In this document: positions 1-9,607 of the stretch, piece by piece
How the letters are laid out: each line of letters opens with the position of its first letter
Numbering within the stretch: position 1 is the first letter of the stretch
Assembly: GCA_965203905.1 (NCBI GenBank)
Contig: CBDBDQ010000005.1
Span: forward strand, 640,001 to 704,000
Direction: 5' to 3'
Origin: Spirochaetia bacterium
GTDB lineage: Bacteria > Spirochaetota > Spirochaetia > SZUA-6 > Bin103
Length of the DNA: 64,000 nucleotides
Notes under the pieces: generated by a model
Databases searched by the model: none
Seen by the model: only the letters and a program-made list of their open reading frames with translations
Told to the model about the DNA's origin: nothing
Made by a program: the position numbers and the translations under genes

Positions 1-516
1 GATCGCCTCTACTACGACCGGGCGCGCAACGCCGGCATGGCCTGGTACCTGGAAGACCGCCGGCGCCACCGCGATCCGCGGCTGTGTCGGCTGGCGAGTC
101 TGCGCGCCGGGTTGCGCGATCAGGTGGTGTGTCTCACCGTCATCGGACGCCGATGTGGGCTGCTGGCGCTACAACGGACAATCGACCGACGTCACGAGAA
201 CGTGGTCCGCAGCTACTGCTTCGAAAACCACTATTCACCCGGCTGGCACTGGCTGACCCTGCTGGACCGGCGCGCCACCAAGGAACAGGGTGTGGCCGCG
301 CTGCGGCGACTGCGTCCCGAGCTGCAGGGCTGCCGGCTGGTGGCGTTCGGCGACGGTGCCAACGACATCGGCCTGCTGCAGGCGGCTGACGTCGGCCTGG
401 CGGTGGCCAACGCGGAGCCCGAATTGAAGCGGCAGGCGACCGCGGTGATCGGCGCCAACGACGATGACGCCGTGGCCCGCTATCTCGGTGACCACTGGAT
501 GCCATCGGGCGGATGA
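1..516 (+). CDS. Cof-type HAD hydrolase, C-terminal part (5' end outside window)
   Basis: Frame open from base 1; HAD motifs 'ATKEQG' and 'AFGDGANDIGLL..A.VGLAVANA'. Confidence 0.85.
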   Translation, partial: DRLYYDRARNAGMAWYLEDRRRHRDPRLCRLASLRAGLRDQVVCLTVIGRRCGLLALQRTIDRRHENVVRSYCFENHYSPGWHWLTLLDRRATKEQGVAALRRLRPELQGCRLVAFGDGANDIGLLQAADVGLAVANAEPELKRQATAVIGANDDDAVARYLGDHWMPSGG

Positions 517-550
517 GCCCGGGTAGCGCCGGGTTCGCCCGCTGGACAAT

Positions 551-581
551 GTGGCCACGACAACGGGTACATTGTAGCCAC
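551..581 (+). promoter_or_regulatory. Probable antitoxin operator (two GT(G/A)GCCAC boxes)
   Basis: Palindrome GTGGCCAC at 551-558 and near-copy GTAGCCAC at 574-581, just before the antitoxin ATG. Confidence 0.5.
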
Positions 582-582
582 C

Positions 583-873
583 ATGACCTCCGTCGGAATC
601 CGCGAGCTGAAGAACCGGCTCAGTGAATATGTGCGCCGCGTCCGCCGCGGCGAAGAGTTCCTGGTGACCGACCGCGGCAGGGTGGTAGCCGAGCTGCGCC
701 AGCCGACCGGCGTTCCCACGGGGGCGGAGTACTCCGGGTTGATCCGCCACGCGCGCGCCGGCAAGGTGCGGCTGGGCGCGCCCAACATCGCCGCCTCCTA
801 TCCGCGAGTGCCGCGCTCGCTGAGTCAGGGAACCGCCCGGCGCCTGCTGGACGAAGAACGCGGAAACCGATGA
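583..873 (+). CDS. Phd/YefM (prevent-host-death) family antitoxin
   Basis: 'VGIRELKNRLSEYVRRVRRGEEFLVTDRGRVVAEL' Phd signature; ATGA overlap with PIN gene. Confidence 0.9.
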   Translation: MTSVGIRELKNRLSEYVRRVRRGEEFLVTDRGRVVAELRQPTGVPTGAEYSGLIRHARAGKVRLGAPNIAASYPRVPRSLSQGTARRLLDEERGNR

Positions 874-1310
874 CTCGCCCGCCCAACCTGTATGCAGAAT
901 CGAGCGCCATCCTGGCCTGGCTGCTGGGCGAGGACGGCGGCGAGGAGGTGCGCCAGGCGCTGCAGACGGCACAGCTCGTGGTGACCTCCGATCTCACGCT
1001 CATCGAGTGCGACCGCGTGCTGCAGCGCGGCCAGGCGCGTGGGGTGCTGAGTCTTTCGCTAGTCGCTCAGACCCGCGCCGCGCTCAATTCGGTGACCGAG
1101 CATTGGGCGATTTTTGCGATCGACCATGACGTGGTGGACCGGGCGCGACGCCCGTTCCCCCAGGAACCGATCCGGACCGCGGAGTCGATGCATCTGGCCA
1201 CTGCCCTGGAGGCGCGCAACCTGGTCACCGAAGTGGCGATGCTGTCGCTCGACCAGAACATCCGCAACAACGCGCAAGCCCTGGGGATGGACCCGATCCC
1301 GAATCGTTGA
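870..1310 (+). CDS. vapC: VapC-family PIN toxin
   Basis: PIN motifs 'YAESSAIL', 'LTLIEC', 'RTAESMHLATA', 'LSLD'; coupled to antitoxin. Confidence 0.85.
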   Translation: MTRPPNLYAESSAILAWLLGEDGGEEVRQALQTAQLVVTSDLTLIECDRVLQRGQARGVLSLSLVAQTRAALNSVTEHWAIFAIDHDVVDRARRPFPQEPIRTAESMHLATALEARNLVTEVAMLSLDQNIRNNAQALGMDPIPNR

Positions 1311-1343
1311 CTCATTTCCGAAGCCGGCCTACACTTCCCGAGA

Positions 1344-1492
1344 GAACTTCGGGGCATGGTGTAATTCCAGACCGGTGGTGATGGGCATCCCGAGGGATGC
1401 GCGCAGCCCACTACTCCCGTTCACCTGCGGTGGACGGGACTGAACCGGTGCAACTCCGGTGCCGACGGTAACAGTCCGGATGGGAGAAGTTC
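1344..1492 (+). promoter_or_regulatory. FMN riboswitch (RFN element)
   Basis: Consensus blocks CTTCGGGGC.GGTG.AATTCC.GACCGGTGGT and GCCGACGGT..AGTCCGGATGGGAGAAG; P1 GAACTTC(1344-1350)/GAAGTTC(1486-1492); upstream of rib operon. Confidence 0.95.
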
Positions 1493-1642
1493 GCACGACC
1501 TTCTGAACGCGCGCAGGCGCGGTGCGCCCGTACCGCCACCAGGTGGCGACGAGCGTGCTGTGCATCCTGCGCCCAACCCGCCCACGCGGTGGCAGTACGC
1601 CCGGTGCGTACCGCCGGCGCCGAAGTTCTCGGAGCGTGATTC

Positions 1643-2833
1643 GTGACGGGAACTGCCCATCGCCACCACATGCAGCGCGCGCTGCACCTGGCCGCACGCG
1701 GTCGCGGCCGCACCTCGCCCAATCCACTCACCGGATGCGTGGTCGTGAAGGCCGGGCGGGTGATCGGCGAGGGCTTCCACGAGTGCCATGGCGCCCGCCA
1801 CGCCGAGGCCGCCGCCCTCGACGCGTGCCGCGAGAGCCCGCGCGGAGCTCACCTCTACTGCAACCTGGAGCCGTGTGCCGCAACCTACCCGGGCAAGCTC
1901 ACCCCGCCCTGCGCCGGCCGCATCATCGGCGCCGGGATCGCGCAGGTGACCGTGGCCACGCTCGACCCCAATCCGCACGTCAGCGGCGCGGGCGTCCGCC
2001 TGCTGCGCGAGGCCGGCATCGCGGTGACCGTCGGCGTGGAGGCCGAGGACGCGCTGCGGCTCAACGTGCCGTTCTTCACCGCCGTGCACTACCGGCGTCC
2101 GTTCGTCCATCTGAAGGTGGCGCAGTCCCTGGACGGCCGCATCGCCACCCGTAACGGAAACTCCCGCTGGATCACCGATACGGACGCCCGCCGCGTGGTG
2201 CATCGGATGCGGGCCGAGCACGACGCGATTCTGGTGGGACGCGGCACCGCGCTGCGCGACGACCCGCAACTCACCGTACGCGGCGTCGAGCCCGCGGCGC
2301 TCCCCGCGGGAGTGCCATGGCGCGTGGTGCTGGACAGCCGGCTCGCCCTTCCCGCAACGGCGCGTCTGGCCAGCGACGAGCACGCCCCGCGAACCATGGT
2401 GTTGACCACCGCCGCGGCGGATCGGGCGCGGCGGCAGGTCCTGGAGGGTCACGGCGTCCAGGTGCACACCGTGACCGCCGACGCTTCCGGGCGTCCCGAC
2501 GTGGATGCGGTGCTGCGGACCCTCCACGGCTGCGGCATCCGCTCGCTGCTCGTGGAAGGGGGAGCGGCGGTCTACACCTCCTTCCTGCGCAGCGGGCGTT
2601 TCGACCAGGTCACCGCGTTCGTGGCGCCGCTGCTGATCGGGGAAGGGATCGATGCGGTCGGCGCCCTGGGCAGCGAGCGGATTGCCGACGCGGTGCGCCT
2701 GCAGGGCGTCACCACCACCACCGTCAACGACCAGGTGGTGGTCTCGGGTTACCGCGACCTGGATGCTCTGCGCCGGATGGTGCTGCCCGCCCGTGAACGG
2801 CAACCGGCGGCCGGCGCCGCGCGGGCCGGCTGA
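1643..2833 (+). CDS. ribD: Bifunctional diaminohydroxyphosphoribosylaminopyrimidine deaminase / reductase
   Basis: 'TSPNP', 'HAE', 'LEPC', 'TPPC', 'KVAQSLDGRIA', 'SRWIT', 'LLVEGG'. Confidence 0.95.
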   Translation: MTGTAHRHHMQRALHLAARGRGRTSPNPLTGCVVVKAGRVIGEGFHECHGARHAEAAALDACRESPRGAHLYCNLEPCAATYPGKLTPPCAGRIIGAGIAQVTVATLDPNPHVSGAGVRLLREAGIAVTVGVEAEDALRLNVPFFTAVHYRRPFVHLKVAQSLDGRIATRNGNSRWITDTDARRVVHRMRAEHDAILVGRGTALRDDPQLTVRGVEPAALPAGVPWRVVLDSRLALPATARLASDEHAPRTMVLTTAAADRARRQVLEGHGVQVHTVTADASGRPDVDAVLRTLHGCGIRSLLVEGGAAVYTSFLRSGRFDQVTAFVAPLLIGEGIDAVGALGSERIADAVRLQGVTTTTVNDQVVVSGYRDLDALRRMVLPARERQPAAGAARAG

Positions 2834-2844
2834 GGCGCCGGACG

Positions 2845-4122
2845 ATGTTCTCCGGAATCGTCGAAGAGGTCGGTACCATCCGCGCACGCGCCGACTCCGG
2901 CGGCGGCGTGCGGCTGACCGTTGGCTGCTCAACGGTCCTGGAGGACCTGGCCCCGGGCGCGTCGGTCGCCGTGGACGGAGTCTGCCAGACCGTGGTGAGC
3001 TGCCGCGTGGATGGTTTCGTCGTGGAGGCCGGAGGCGCAACCCTGCGCAAGACCACGCTTGGTGCGGCGCAGGTGGGCGAACGGGTCAATCTGGAGCGCG
3101 CACTGGCCGTGGGCAGCCGCCTCAACGGCCACTTCGTGCAGGGCCACGTGAACGCCACCGGCACCGTGCGCGCCTGGTCGCCCGACTCCACCGCTGCGCC
3201 GGAGGAATCCGGCTCCGCGGAGACTGACGACCACGACGCCGGCGGTGCGTGGCGCTTCGAGATCGACATACCCGAGCACCTGCTGCGTTACGTGGCCCTG
3301 GAAGGATCGCTGGCGGTCAACGGCGTCAGCCTCACGGTCGCCGAGCTGGAAGGCACTCGCGTCACGTTCTCCATCATTCCCTTTACCGCAACCCACACCG
3401 CGCTGCGCGACCGCAAACCGGGCGCTGCGTTGAACCTGGAGGTGGACATGATCGCCAAGTACATCGAATCCCTGCAGACCCACGCCCCACCGGTACCGGG
3501 CTCGGAGGATCCCGTTCCCAGTGGCATCGAGGCCGCCACCGCGGCGCTGGCCGCCGGCGGCATGATCATCCTCACCGACCACGCGGCGCGCGAGAACGAG
3601 GGCGACCTGGTGCTGGCCGCCGAGCACACCACCCCGGCCGGGGTCAACTTCATGGTCACCCACGGCCGCGGCATGGTGTGCGTGCCCCTGACCGCCGAGC
3701 GCGCGGCCGCACTCGACCTGCCGCCGATGGCGCCGGACAACAGCGCGCTGCACGGCACCGCGTTCACGGTCTCGGTCGACTACCGGCATGGCACCACCAC
3801 CGGCATCTCGGCGGCGGACCGTTCCGCCACCATCGTCGCCCTCGCCGACCCCGCCGCAACGGCACAGGAGTTCGCCCGCCCCGGACACATCTTTCCGATC
3901 GTCGGCGACCGCGGCGGAGTGCACGCGCGGCCGGGGCACACCGAGGCGGCGATCGAGCTGATGCGGCTGGCGGGCTGCCGCCCGGTGGCGGCGATCTGCG
4001 AGATCATGGCTGCCGACGGCAGCATGGCCGGGGACGCCGAGCTGCTGGAGCTGGCGCGGACCCACCGCCTGCCGGTGGTCAGCGTGGACGAGGTCGCGGA
4101 GGTGGCGGCGTCATGCAACTGA
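2845..4122 (+). CDS. ribE-ribB: Fused riboflavin synthase (alpha) + 3,4-dihydroxy-2-butanone-4-phosphate synthase
   Basis: N-term 'MFSGIVEE', 'GVCQTV', 'VNLERAL', 'GHFVQGHV'; C-term 'RENEGDL', 'AFTVSVD', '[10 protein letters not shown]', 'PGHIFP', 'GHTEA'; one continuous ORF. Confidence 0.92.
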   Translation: MFSGIVEEVGTIRARADSGGGVRLTVGCSTVLEDLAPGASVAVDGVCQTVVSCRVDGFVVEAGGATLRKTTLGAAQVGERVNLERALAVGSRLNGHFVQGHVNATGTVRAWSPDSTAAPEESGSAETDDHDAGGAWRFEIDIPEHLLRYVALEGSLAVNGVSLTVAELEGTRVTFSIIPFTATHTALRDRKPGAALNLEVDMIAKYIESLQTHAPPVPGSEDPVPSGIEAATAALAAGGMIILTDHAARENEGDLVLAAEHTTPAGVNFMVTHGRGMVCVPLTAERAAALDLPPMAPDNSALHGTAFTVSVDYRHGTTTGISAADRSATIVALADPAATAQEFARPGHIFPIVGDRGGVHARPGHTEAAIELMRLAGCRPVAAICEIMAADGSMAGDAELLELARTHRLPVVSVDEVAEVAASCN

Positions 4123-4604
4123 TCGAGGGCACCTACGAAGGCGCCGGGCGCCGCTTCGTGCTGGTGGCCAGCCGCTTCAACGAGCTGATCACCACCCGCC
4201 TGGTGGAAGGGGCCGGCGACTGCCTGCGGCGTCACGGCGTGGACCCGGATCACATCACGCTCGTGTGGGTACCGGGCGCGTTCGAGATTCCGCTCGCCGC
4301 ACGGCGCGTCGCCCGGCGGCTGCGCTGCGACGCGGTGATATGCCTGGGCGCCGTCATCGAGGGTGCCACCGACCATCACGAGTACGTGGCCGGCAACGCC
4401 GCCGCCGGAATTGCGCGCGAGACCGCGGCCGCCGACGTGCCGATGACCTTCGGCATCATCACCGCCTCCAGCATCGAGCAGGCGATCGAACGCGCCGGCA
4501 CCAAGCAGGGCAACCTCGGCTGGAGCGCCGCCCTGTCGGCGCTGGAGACGAGCAACGTGCTGCGCCGCATCGACGAGGTTGCGGAGCAGCGGGAGGACGC
4601 ATGA
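4113..4604 (+). CDS. ribH: 6,7-dimethyl-8-ribityllumazine synthase
   Basis: ATG 4113; 'SRFNELIT', 'VPGAFEIP', 'CLGAVI.G.T.H', 'QAIERAG'. Confidence 0.95.
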   Translation: MQLIEGTYEGAGRRFVLVASRFNELITTRLVEGAGDCLRRHGVDPDHITLVWVPGAFEIPLAARRVARRLRCDAVICLGAVIEGATDHHEYVAGNAAAGIARETAAADVPMTFGIITASSIEQAIERAGTKQGNLGWSAALSALETSNVLRRIDEVAEQREDA

Positions 4605-5485
4605 CCATCACCAGCACTCCGTTCGGCAGCACCGGCCACCACAGTACGCGCTGCATCTTCGGCGGAACCGCCCTGTCCCGGGCCTCGCAGGAAGGGGCCG
4701 ACCGTACCCTGGAGCTGCTGCTGCAGTACGGCATCAACCACATCGACACCGCCGCCGGCTACGGCGATTCCGAGCTGCGCATCGGTCCCTGGATGCGGCG
4801 CCACCGCGACCGCTTCTTCCTGGCTACCAAGACCGGTGAGCGCAGCGCCGCCGGCGCCCGCGAACAGTTGGAACGCTCTCTGCAACGCCTGCAGGTGGAG
4901 CGGGTCGACCTGATTCAGCTCCACAGCCTCACCGAGCCGGAGGACTGGCACCAGGCACTGGGTGGCGGTGGCGCCCTGGAGGCGTTGATCCGGGCGCGCG
5001 AGGAGGGCCTGGCACGCTACATCGGCGTGACCGGCCATGGCGTCACGGTGGCGCGGATGCACCTGAATGCGCTGCAGCGCCATCCCTTCGACGCGGTGCT
5101 GCTGCCGCTCAACTACCCGATGTTCCAGATCCCCGAGTACGCCGCCGACTTCCGCGAGCTGCGCGAGCTGTGCCGGCAGCGGGGGGTGGCAGTGCAGACC
5201 ATCAAGGCGATCGCGCGGCGGCGCTGGACCGGCAGCGAGCGTCCCCATCGCACCTGGTACGAGCCGCTCGCCGGCCAGCAGGACATCGACGCCGCGGTGC
5301 ACTGGGTCCTGGAACACGAGGGCGTATTCCTGAACACCGCCGGCGACATGACCCTGCTGCCGCGCATCCTCGATGCGGCCGCCCGCTTCAGCCCCGCCGG
5401 CGACAGCCATGCCGCGGCGGCCGGCGCCGCGGTCGAGCGCCGCCAGATGCAGCCGCTGTTCACCGCCGCCCAGAACATGATCTGA
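4601..5485 (+). CDS. Aldo/keto reductase
   Basis: '[10 protein letters not shown]', 'FLATK', 'SL.RLQ...VDLIQLH', 'YIGVTGH'; ATGA overlap with ribH. Confidence 0.9.
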   Translation: MTITSTPFGSTGHHSTRCIFGGTALSRASQEGADRTLELLLQYGINHIDTAAGYGDSELRIGPWMRRHRDRFFLATKTGERSAAGAREQLERSLQRLQVERVDLIQLHSLTEPEDWHQALGGGGALEALIRAREEGLARYIGVTGHGVTVARMHLNALQRHPFDAVLLPLNYPMFQIPEYAADFRELRELCRQRGVAVQTIKAIARRRWTGSERPHRTWYEPLAGQQDIDAAVHWVLEHEGVFLNTAGDMTLLPRILDAAARFSPAGDSHAAAAGAAVERRQMQPLFTAAQNMI

Positions 5486-5533
5486 CACCTGCCGCTCACT
5501 TCGGAGCGCCGTCATCAGATCAACCGAATGGTG

Positions 5534-5575
5534 GTCAACTACCTGGTTGACAACTTTTTGGTTTCCCTGTAGGTT
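5534..5575 (+). promoter_or_regulatory. Sigma70-type promoter with overlapping inverted repeat
   Basis: TTGACA(5547)-17 bp-TAGGTT(5570); GTCAAC-N6-GTTGAC (5534-5551) overlaps the -35; GGAGG RBS at 5582. Confidence 0.55.
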
Positions 5576-5595
5576 GGGGTTGGAGGCGAGTTGCC

Positions 5596-6470
5596 TTGAA
5601 ATCATCGACCGAGACCACGGGGAACGGCTGCTCCGGAGCTGTGCCGAACATGACCAGCGCGTTCTTTTGGTGATCGACGAACTGCCGATCTATCTCAAGC
5701 GGATGCTTCGCGCCGAGGATGGCGTTACCCGTGTCGAGACGTTTCTGAGCTGGCTGCGCGGGGTGTTGCAAGGTATTGATAGTGGCTCGCCGGTCCTCAT
5801 CGTGTCCGGCAGCATCGGACTCATGCCCCTCGTGCAGCAGCTCGGCATACCCGATCGTATCAACTACCTTGATCCGTTCCGTCTGGGTCCCTGGAGCCGA
5901 GAAGCCAGCATCGAGTGCTTCGACCGGCTCGCGAAGAGCACCTCGCTGGCTGTCGACGACGCTGTCGCTGGAGCCGTATACGATGCGCTCGGGATCGGAA
6001 TCCCTCATCACGTACAGTCGTTCTTCGCACGGCTGCGAGACTTCGCCGTCATGGAGAACCGCGACCGGGTGACCGTGGCCGACGTCGAGAGGGTGTACCA
6101 CACCGGTCTGCTCGGCCCTTCCGGCCAGAACGACCTCGCGCACTACGAAACGCGGCTCCGCGACGGACTCGACGACGAAAGCCGCTCCATCGCCATGGAG
6201 ATCCTGGCGGAGGCCGCCACGCAAGGATCGCTCACGGCCCCCGCGCGCACCCGTCTCGGCGAGCTCTACTCCCGCGTGATGGCCGACGCACACGGCCGCG
6301 TCACCGAGGTCCTCGACGTACTGGTCCATGACGGCTATCTGGAGGCGTCTGGCCGAGACCACGGGTTCCCGTCGCGCCTGCTGAGAGATTGGTGGGCGGC
6401 TCGTTTCCGCGATCACCACGTTCCGGTCGCTGACCGCTCGTCCGCCACCGCGGAGGGGACGGCTCGATGA
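5596..6470 (+). pseudogene. P-loop ATPase (archaeal-ATPase/STAND-like) with internal deletion
   Basis: RBS + TTG at 5596 reads MKSST, then out of frame with the rest; Walker B 'LLVIDELP' and 'SGSIG' remain, Walker A absent; stop overlaps next ATG. Confidence 0.7.
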
Positions 6471-9433
6471 GCGAAGTGCAAGGGCGGATCATTCGCAAGC
6501 GCAACCCCGGGATGCTCCAGCCGGACGAGGAGCTTATTGAACAATTCACCGTCAGAAAGCACGAACTCGCCACTGTGCTCGATATTCTTCGTGGCAACCT
6601 CAATGCCGACTCCTGCCAGCACACGCTGATCGTCGCTCCCAGAGGCAGGGGGAAGACCATGCTCCTGGCACGCGTCGCGGCCGAACTGCGCACCGACGCG
6701 CAGCTTGCTTCGGGCCTCCTGCCGGTCCGCTTCATGGAGGAGAGCGACGAGGTGTTCAACACCGCGGACTTCTGGCTGGAGGTCCTGTTCTATCTGGCGC
6801 TGGCTGTCGACAGGCAGAACCCCGAGTTCGCACGGAGCCTGCGGGACACCCGGGCCGACCTCACCTCTAGGTGGCGCGAGCGGGAACTCGACGAACGTGC
6901 CCGCACCGCGGTACTGGAGGCGGCGGACACGCTCGGCAAGCGCCTCGTCCTCATGGTCGAGAACCTGCAAGCGCTATGCGCCAACGCAGAAGGCGACTTC
7001 GGTTGGAAGCTGCGCAAGACGCTGCAGACGGAGCCACAGATCATTCTGGTCGCCACCGCGACCAGCCGTTTCGAGGGACTAGAAGACGCGCGGGAACCGT
7101 TCTTCGAGCTGTTCCGCGTCATTTGTCTCGGACCGTTGAGTGCAGTGCAGTGCGGACGGCTGTGGAAGGTCGTCAGTGGTGATGCGGCGGGCGAACGCCA
7201 GCAACGGGCGCTTGAGATCCTCACGGGAGGCTCCCCCCGATTCGTGGTCATCGTAGCCGGATTCGCGCACCACCGCTCCGTGCGCCGGTTGATGGAGGAG
7301 CTGGTGCTACTGATCGACGATCTCACCGACACCTTTCGCGGCTACCAAGAGGCCCTCCCCAGGACCGAACGCCGCGTCTTTCTGGCCATCGCCGACCTGT
7401 GGCAGCCGTCGACCACGGGCGAGATCGCGGCGCGCGCGCGAATGGACGTACGTACCGTCTCCACGATGATCGGTCGGCTGGTCAACCGTGGCGCGGTGAT
7501 CCGGGATGGAACAGGCAACAAGCGGCTGTACAGAGCTACGGAACGCCTATACTGCATCTACTACCAATTGCGCCGACAACGTGACGACGCGGTTGTCGTA
7601 CAGAGTCTCCTGCGCTTCATGACAGTACTCTACCGGGGCCCCGAGCTTGCCAAGCTGTTCGGCACGCTGAAGCTGCAGGCTCTGGAATCTCCGGTCATTC
7701 TGGCAGGAATCGAAGGTGCCCTGTCCCACGTACCGGAACTTGGCGCGCTTTCCGCCGATATTGCGCGGAGTGCCCACGAGCTGATCGATAGTGCGGTCGA
7801 AAAACTTGAACGCGCGGAGTATGAGGCGGCGATCGTCAATTGCGACGAAGTGATTTCCCGATTTGGTGCGAGCGAAGCACCCGAGCTGCAAGCGACCGTG
7901 ATGCAAGCGTATACCCGCAAGGGAGTGGCGCAAGGACGCAACGGAGACTCCGGCGCGGCAATCAAGACCAACCGCACGGCTCTAGCGCGTTTCGGTGACA
8001 GCGACGCTCCGGAGTTGCAGCATTACATTGCCACCGCGTTCTTCAATATCGGAGTTGAACAGATTCGACTCGAACAACGCGAAGACGCAGTCAAGACTTG
8101 CGACGAAGTCGTACGGAGATTCCGAAGTAGCCGAAAGAGAGAAGTACAAGTATTGGCAGCAAAGTGTCTGATCAACAAGGGCTCTCTACTTGGGCAACTT
8201 GGTGACCGAAACGCTGAGATGGAGGCTTACCTCCAGCTCGTAAAGCACCATGGAGCGACCGACGTTCCCGAGTTACAGGTCGAAGTCGCTTCCGCTATGT
8301 TCAACGCAGGAGGGGCGCTGGCTCGACTGGGTAACCATCACGGAGCGATCCAAGTGTGTGATCAAATGGTGAAACGCTATGGCACGAGTGACGTAGCGGA
8401 ACTGCAGAGTCGAGTTGCTCGGACCTTGATCAACAAGGGGGTCACGCAAGCCGAGCTTGGCTGGGTTTCGGCGGCGGCTGCAACCTTCGAAGACGTCAAA
8501 CAGCGTTATGAAAGAAGTGACGTGGTTGAGCTACAGGCGTGGGTTGCGCAATCATTGTCGTACAAGGCCGCGATGCAGGCTCGACTCGGCAGTCACGAGG
8601 CTGCAATAAGAACATCGGAAGAGGTGATCGAGCGGTTTGGGGCTTCCAAGGAGGCGGCCGTTCAAGCGCAGGTCGCAGGTGCTCTACTACAGAAAGGTGC
8701 ATCGTTAGGAGAGCTTCGCCGCCATCCTGAGGCGATCACCGCCGCCGAGAGTGTGATGGCGCAGTACGCCCACGACGCGGATCCGAAGCTACACGAGGTG
8801 GTGGCTCGGGCCATGAACAACAAGGGGGCCTCTCTGGCGTTGATGGGCGACGTGAGTGCGACGATTGCGACCAGCGATGCCCTCGTCGATCGTTTCGGAT
8901 CTAGCCAAGTGCCGGAGATGCAGGCGGAAGTCGCCACCGCCCTGTTCCGAAAGGGCATGACTCAGATCAGGATCGGTCGCGCGGACGAAGCGTTGCTGGC
9001 AGCAAACGAACTCGATCACCGGCGCAAGGTTGTGGGTCATGACATCGGTGTCTCTTTCGACTGGAAAGCACGGTACATCCGGATGTCCGCGGAATTGTCG
9101 CAAGGAAGTCTCAGGGCAGCCGTTGACGCGTTTTGCTCCTTGTACGCCGCGTTTGCTCCTGAGAACGAGACGATGATACCGGAGTTGGTGGAAGCGGTAG
9201 CCATGGCGGTCACCGCCGGCGTGCCGGAGCGCGAGCTCGTCGAGGTACTGCGAAGCGAACCGCAGCAGGTCGCACGTGTCGCACCGCTATCCATAGCCCT
9301 GCGTCAGCGCGACGGAGAGACGGTGCGCGCTCCCGCCGAGATGCTGGAGGTTGCGGCTGACGTTCGCAAGCGAATCGACGAAATAGGACTCTCCCCGCTA
9401 TCCGCGATCCCAGAGCCCGTGGTGCGAACGTGA
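6467..9433 (+). CDS. STAND-like ATPase + winged HTH + TPR-like repeat protein
   Basis: Walker A 'APRGRGKT', Walker B-like 'VLMVENL', 'TGGSPR', wHTH 'TTGEIAARARMDVRTVSTMIGRLVNRG', then helical repeats. Confidence 0.85.
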   Translation: MSEVQGRIIRKRNPGMLQPDEELIEQFTVRKHELATVLDILRGNLNADSCQHTLIVAPRGRGKTMLLARVAAELRTDAQLASGLLPVRFMEESDEVFNTADFWLEVLFYLALAVDRQNPEFARSLRDTRADLTSRWRERELDERARTAVLEAADTLGKRLVLMVENLQALCANAEGDFGWKLRKTLQTEPQIILVATATSRFEGLEDAREPFFELFRVICLGPLSAVQCGRLWKVVSGDAAGERQQRALEILTGGSPRFVVIVAGFAHHRSVRRLMEELVLLIDDLTDTFRGYQEALPRTERRVFLAIADLWQPSTTGEIAARARMDVRTVSTMIGRLVNRGAVIRDGTGNKRLYRATERLYCIYYQLRRQRDDAVVVQSLLRFMTVLYRGPELAKLFGTLKLQALESPVILAGIEGALSHVPELGALSADIARSAHELIDSAVEKLERAEYEAAIVNCDEVISRFGASEAPELQATVMQAYTRKGVAQGRNGDSGAAIKTNRTALARFGDSDAPELQHYIATAFFNIGVEQIRLEQREDAVKTCDEVVRRFRSSRKREVQVLAAKCLINKGSLLGQLGDRNAEMEAYLQLVKHHGATDVPELQVEVASAMFNAGGALARLGNHHGAIQVCDQMVKRYGTSDVAELQSRVARTLINKGVTQAELGWVSAAAATFEDVKQRYERSDVVELQAWVAQSLSYKAAMQARLGSHEAAIRTSEEVIERFGASKEAAVQAQVAGALLQKGASLGELRRHPEAITAAESVMAQYAHDADPKLHEVVARAMNNKGASLALMGDVSATIATSDALVDRFGSSQVPEMQAEVATALFRKGMTQIRIGRADEALLAANELDHRRKVVGHDIGVSFDWKARYIRMSAELSQGSLRAAVDAFCSLYAAFAPENETMIPELVEAVAMAVTAGVPERELVEVLRSEPQQVARVAPLSIALRQRDGETVRAPAEMLEVAADVRKRIDEIGLSPLSAIPEPVVRT
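7859..8960 (+). repeat. Nine in-frame 43-aa (129-nt) TPR-like repeats
   Basis: 'RFG.S..PELQ..VA.AL.NKG' recurs; first unit at 7859, ninth at 8891, a difference of exactly 8 x 129 nt. Confidence 0.85.
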
Positions 9434-9607
9434 CCGTCGGTGCCGGGCTCGGGAGGCTGGTGATTCATAGTCGGAGAGTCCGCCCGTGGGTCCTTGCTTT
9501 CCACGCGCGCGACTTGCACCGCCAGCTCATAGTTGTAGAGCAGGAGACGAGACGAACGAGACAGACACTCAGTGGCTTGACACGCGGCGGATGACGCACG
9601 ATCCTAC

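Noticed and set aside
5547-5595. TTG 5547 as start of the ATPase
   Set aside because: It is the TTGACA -35 box; the RBS and TTG at 5582/5596 fit better.
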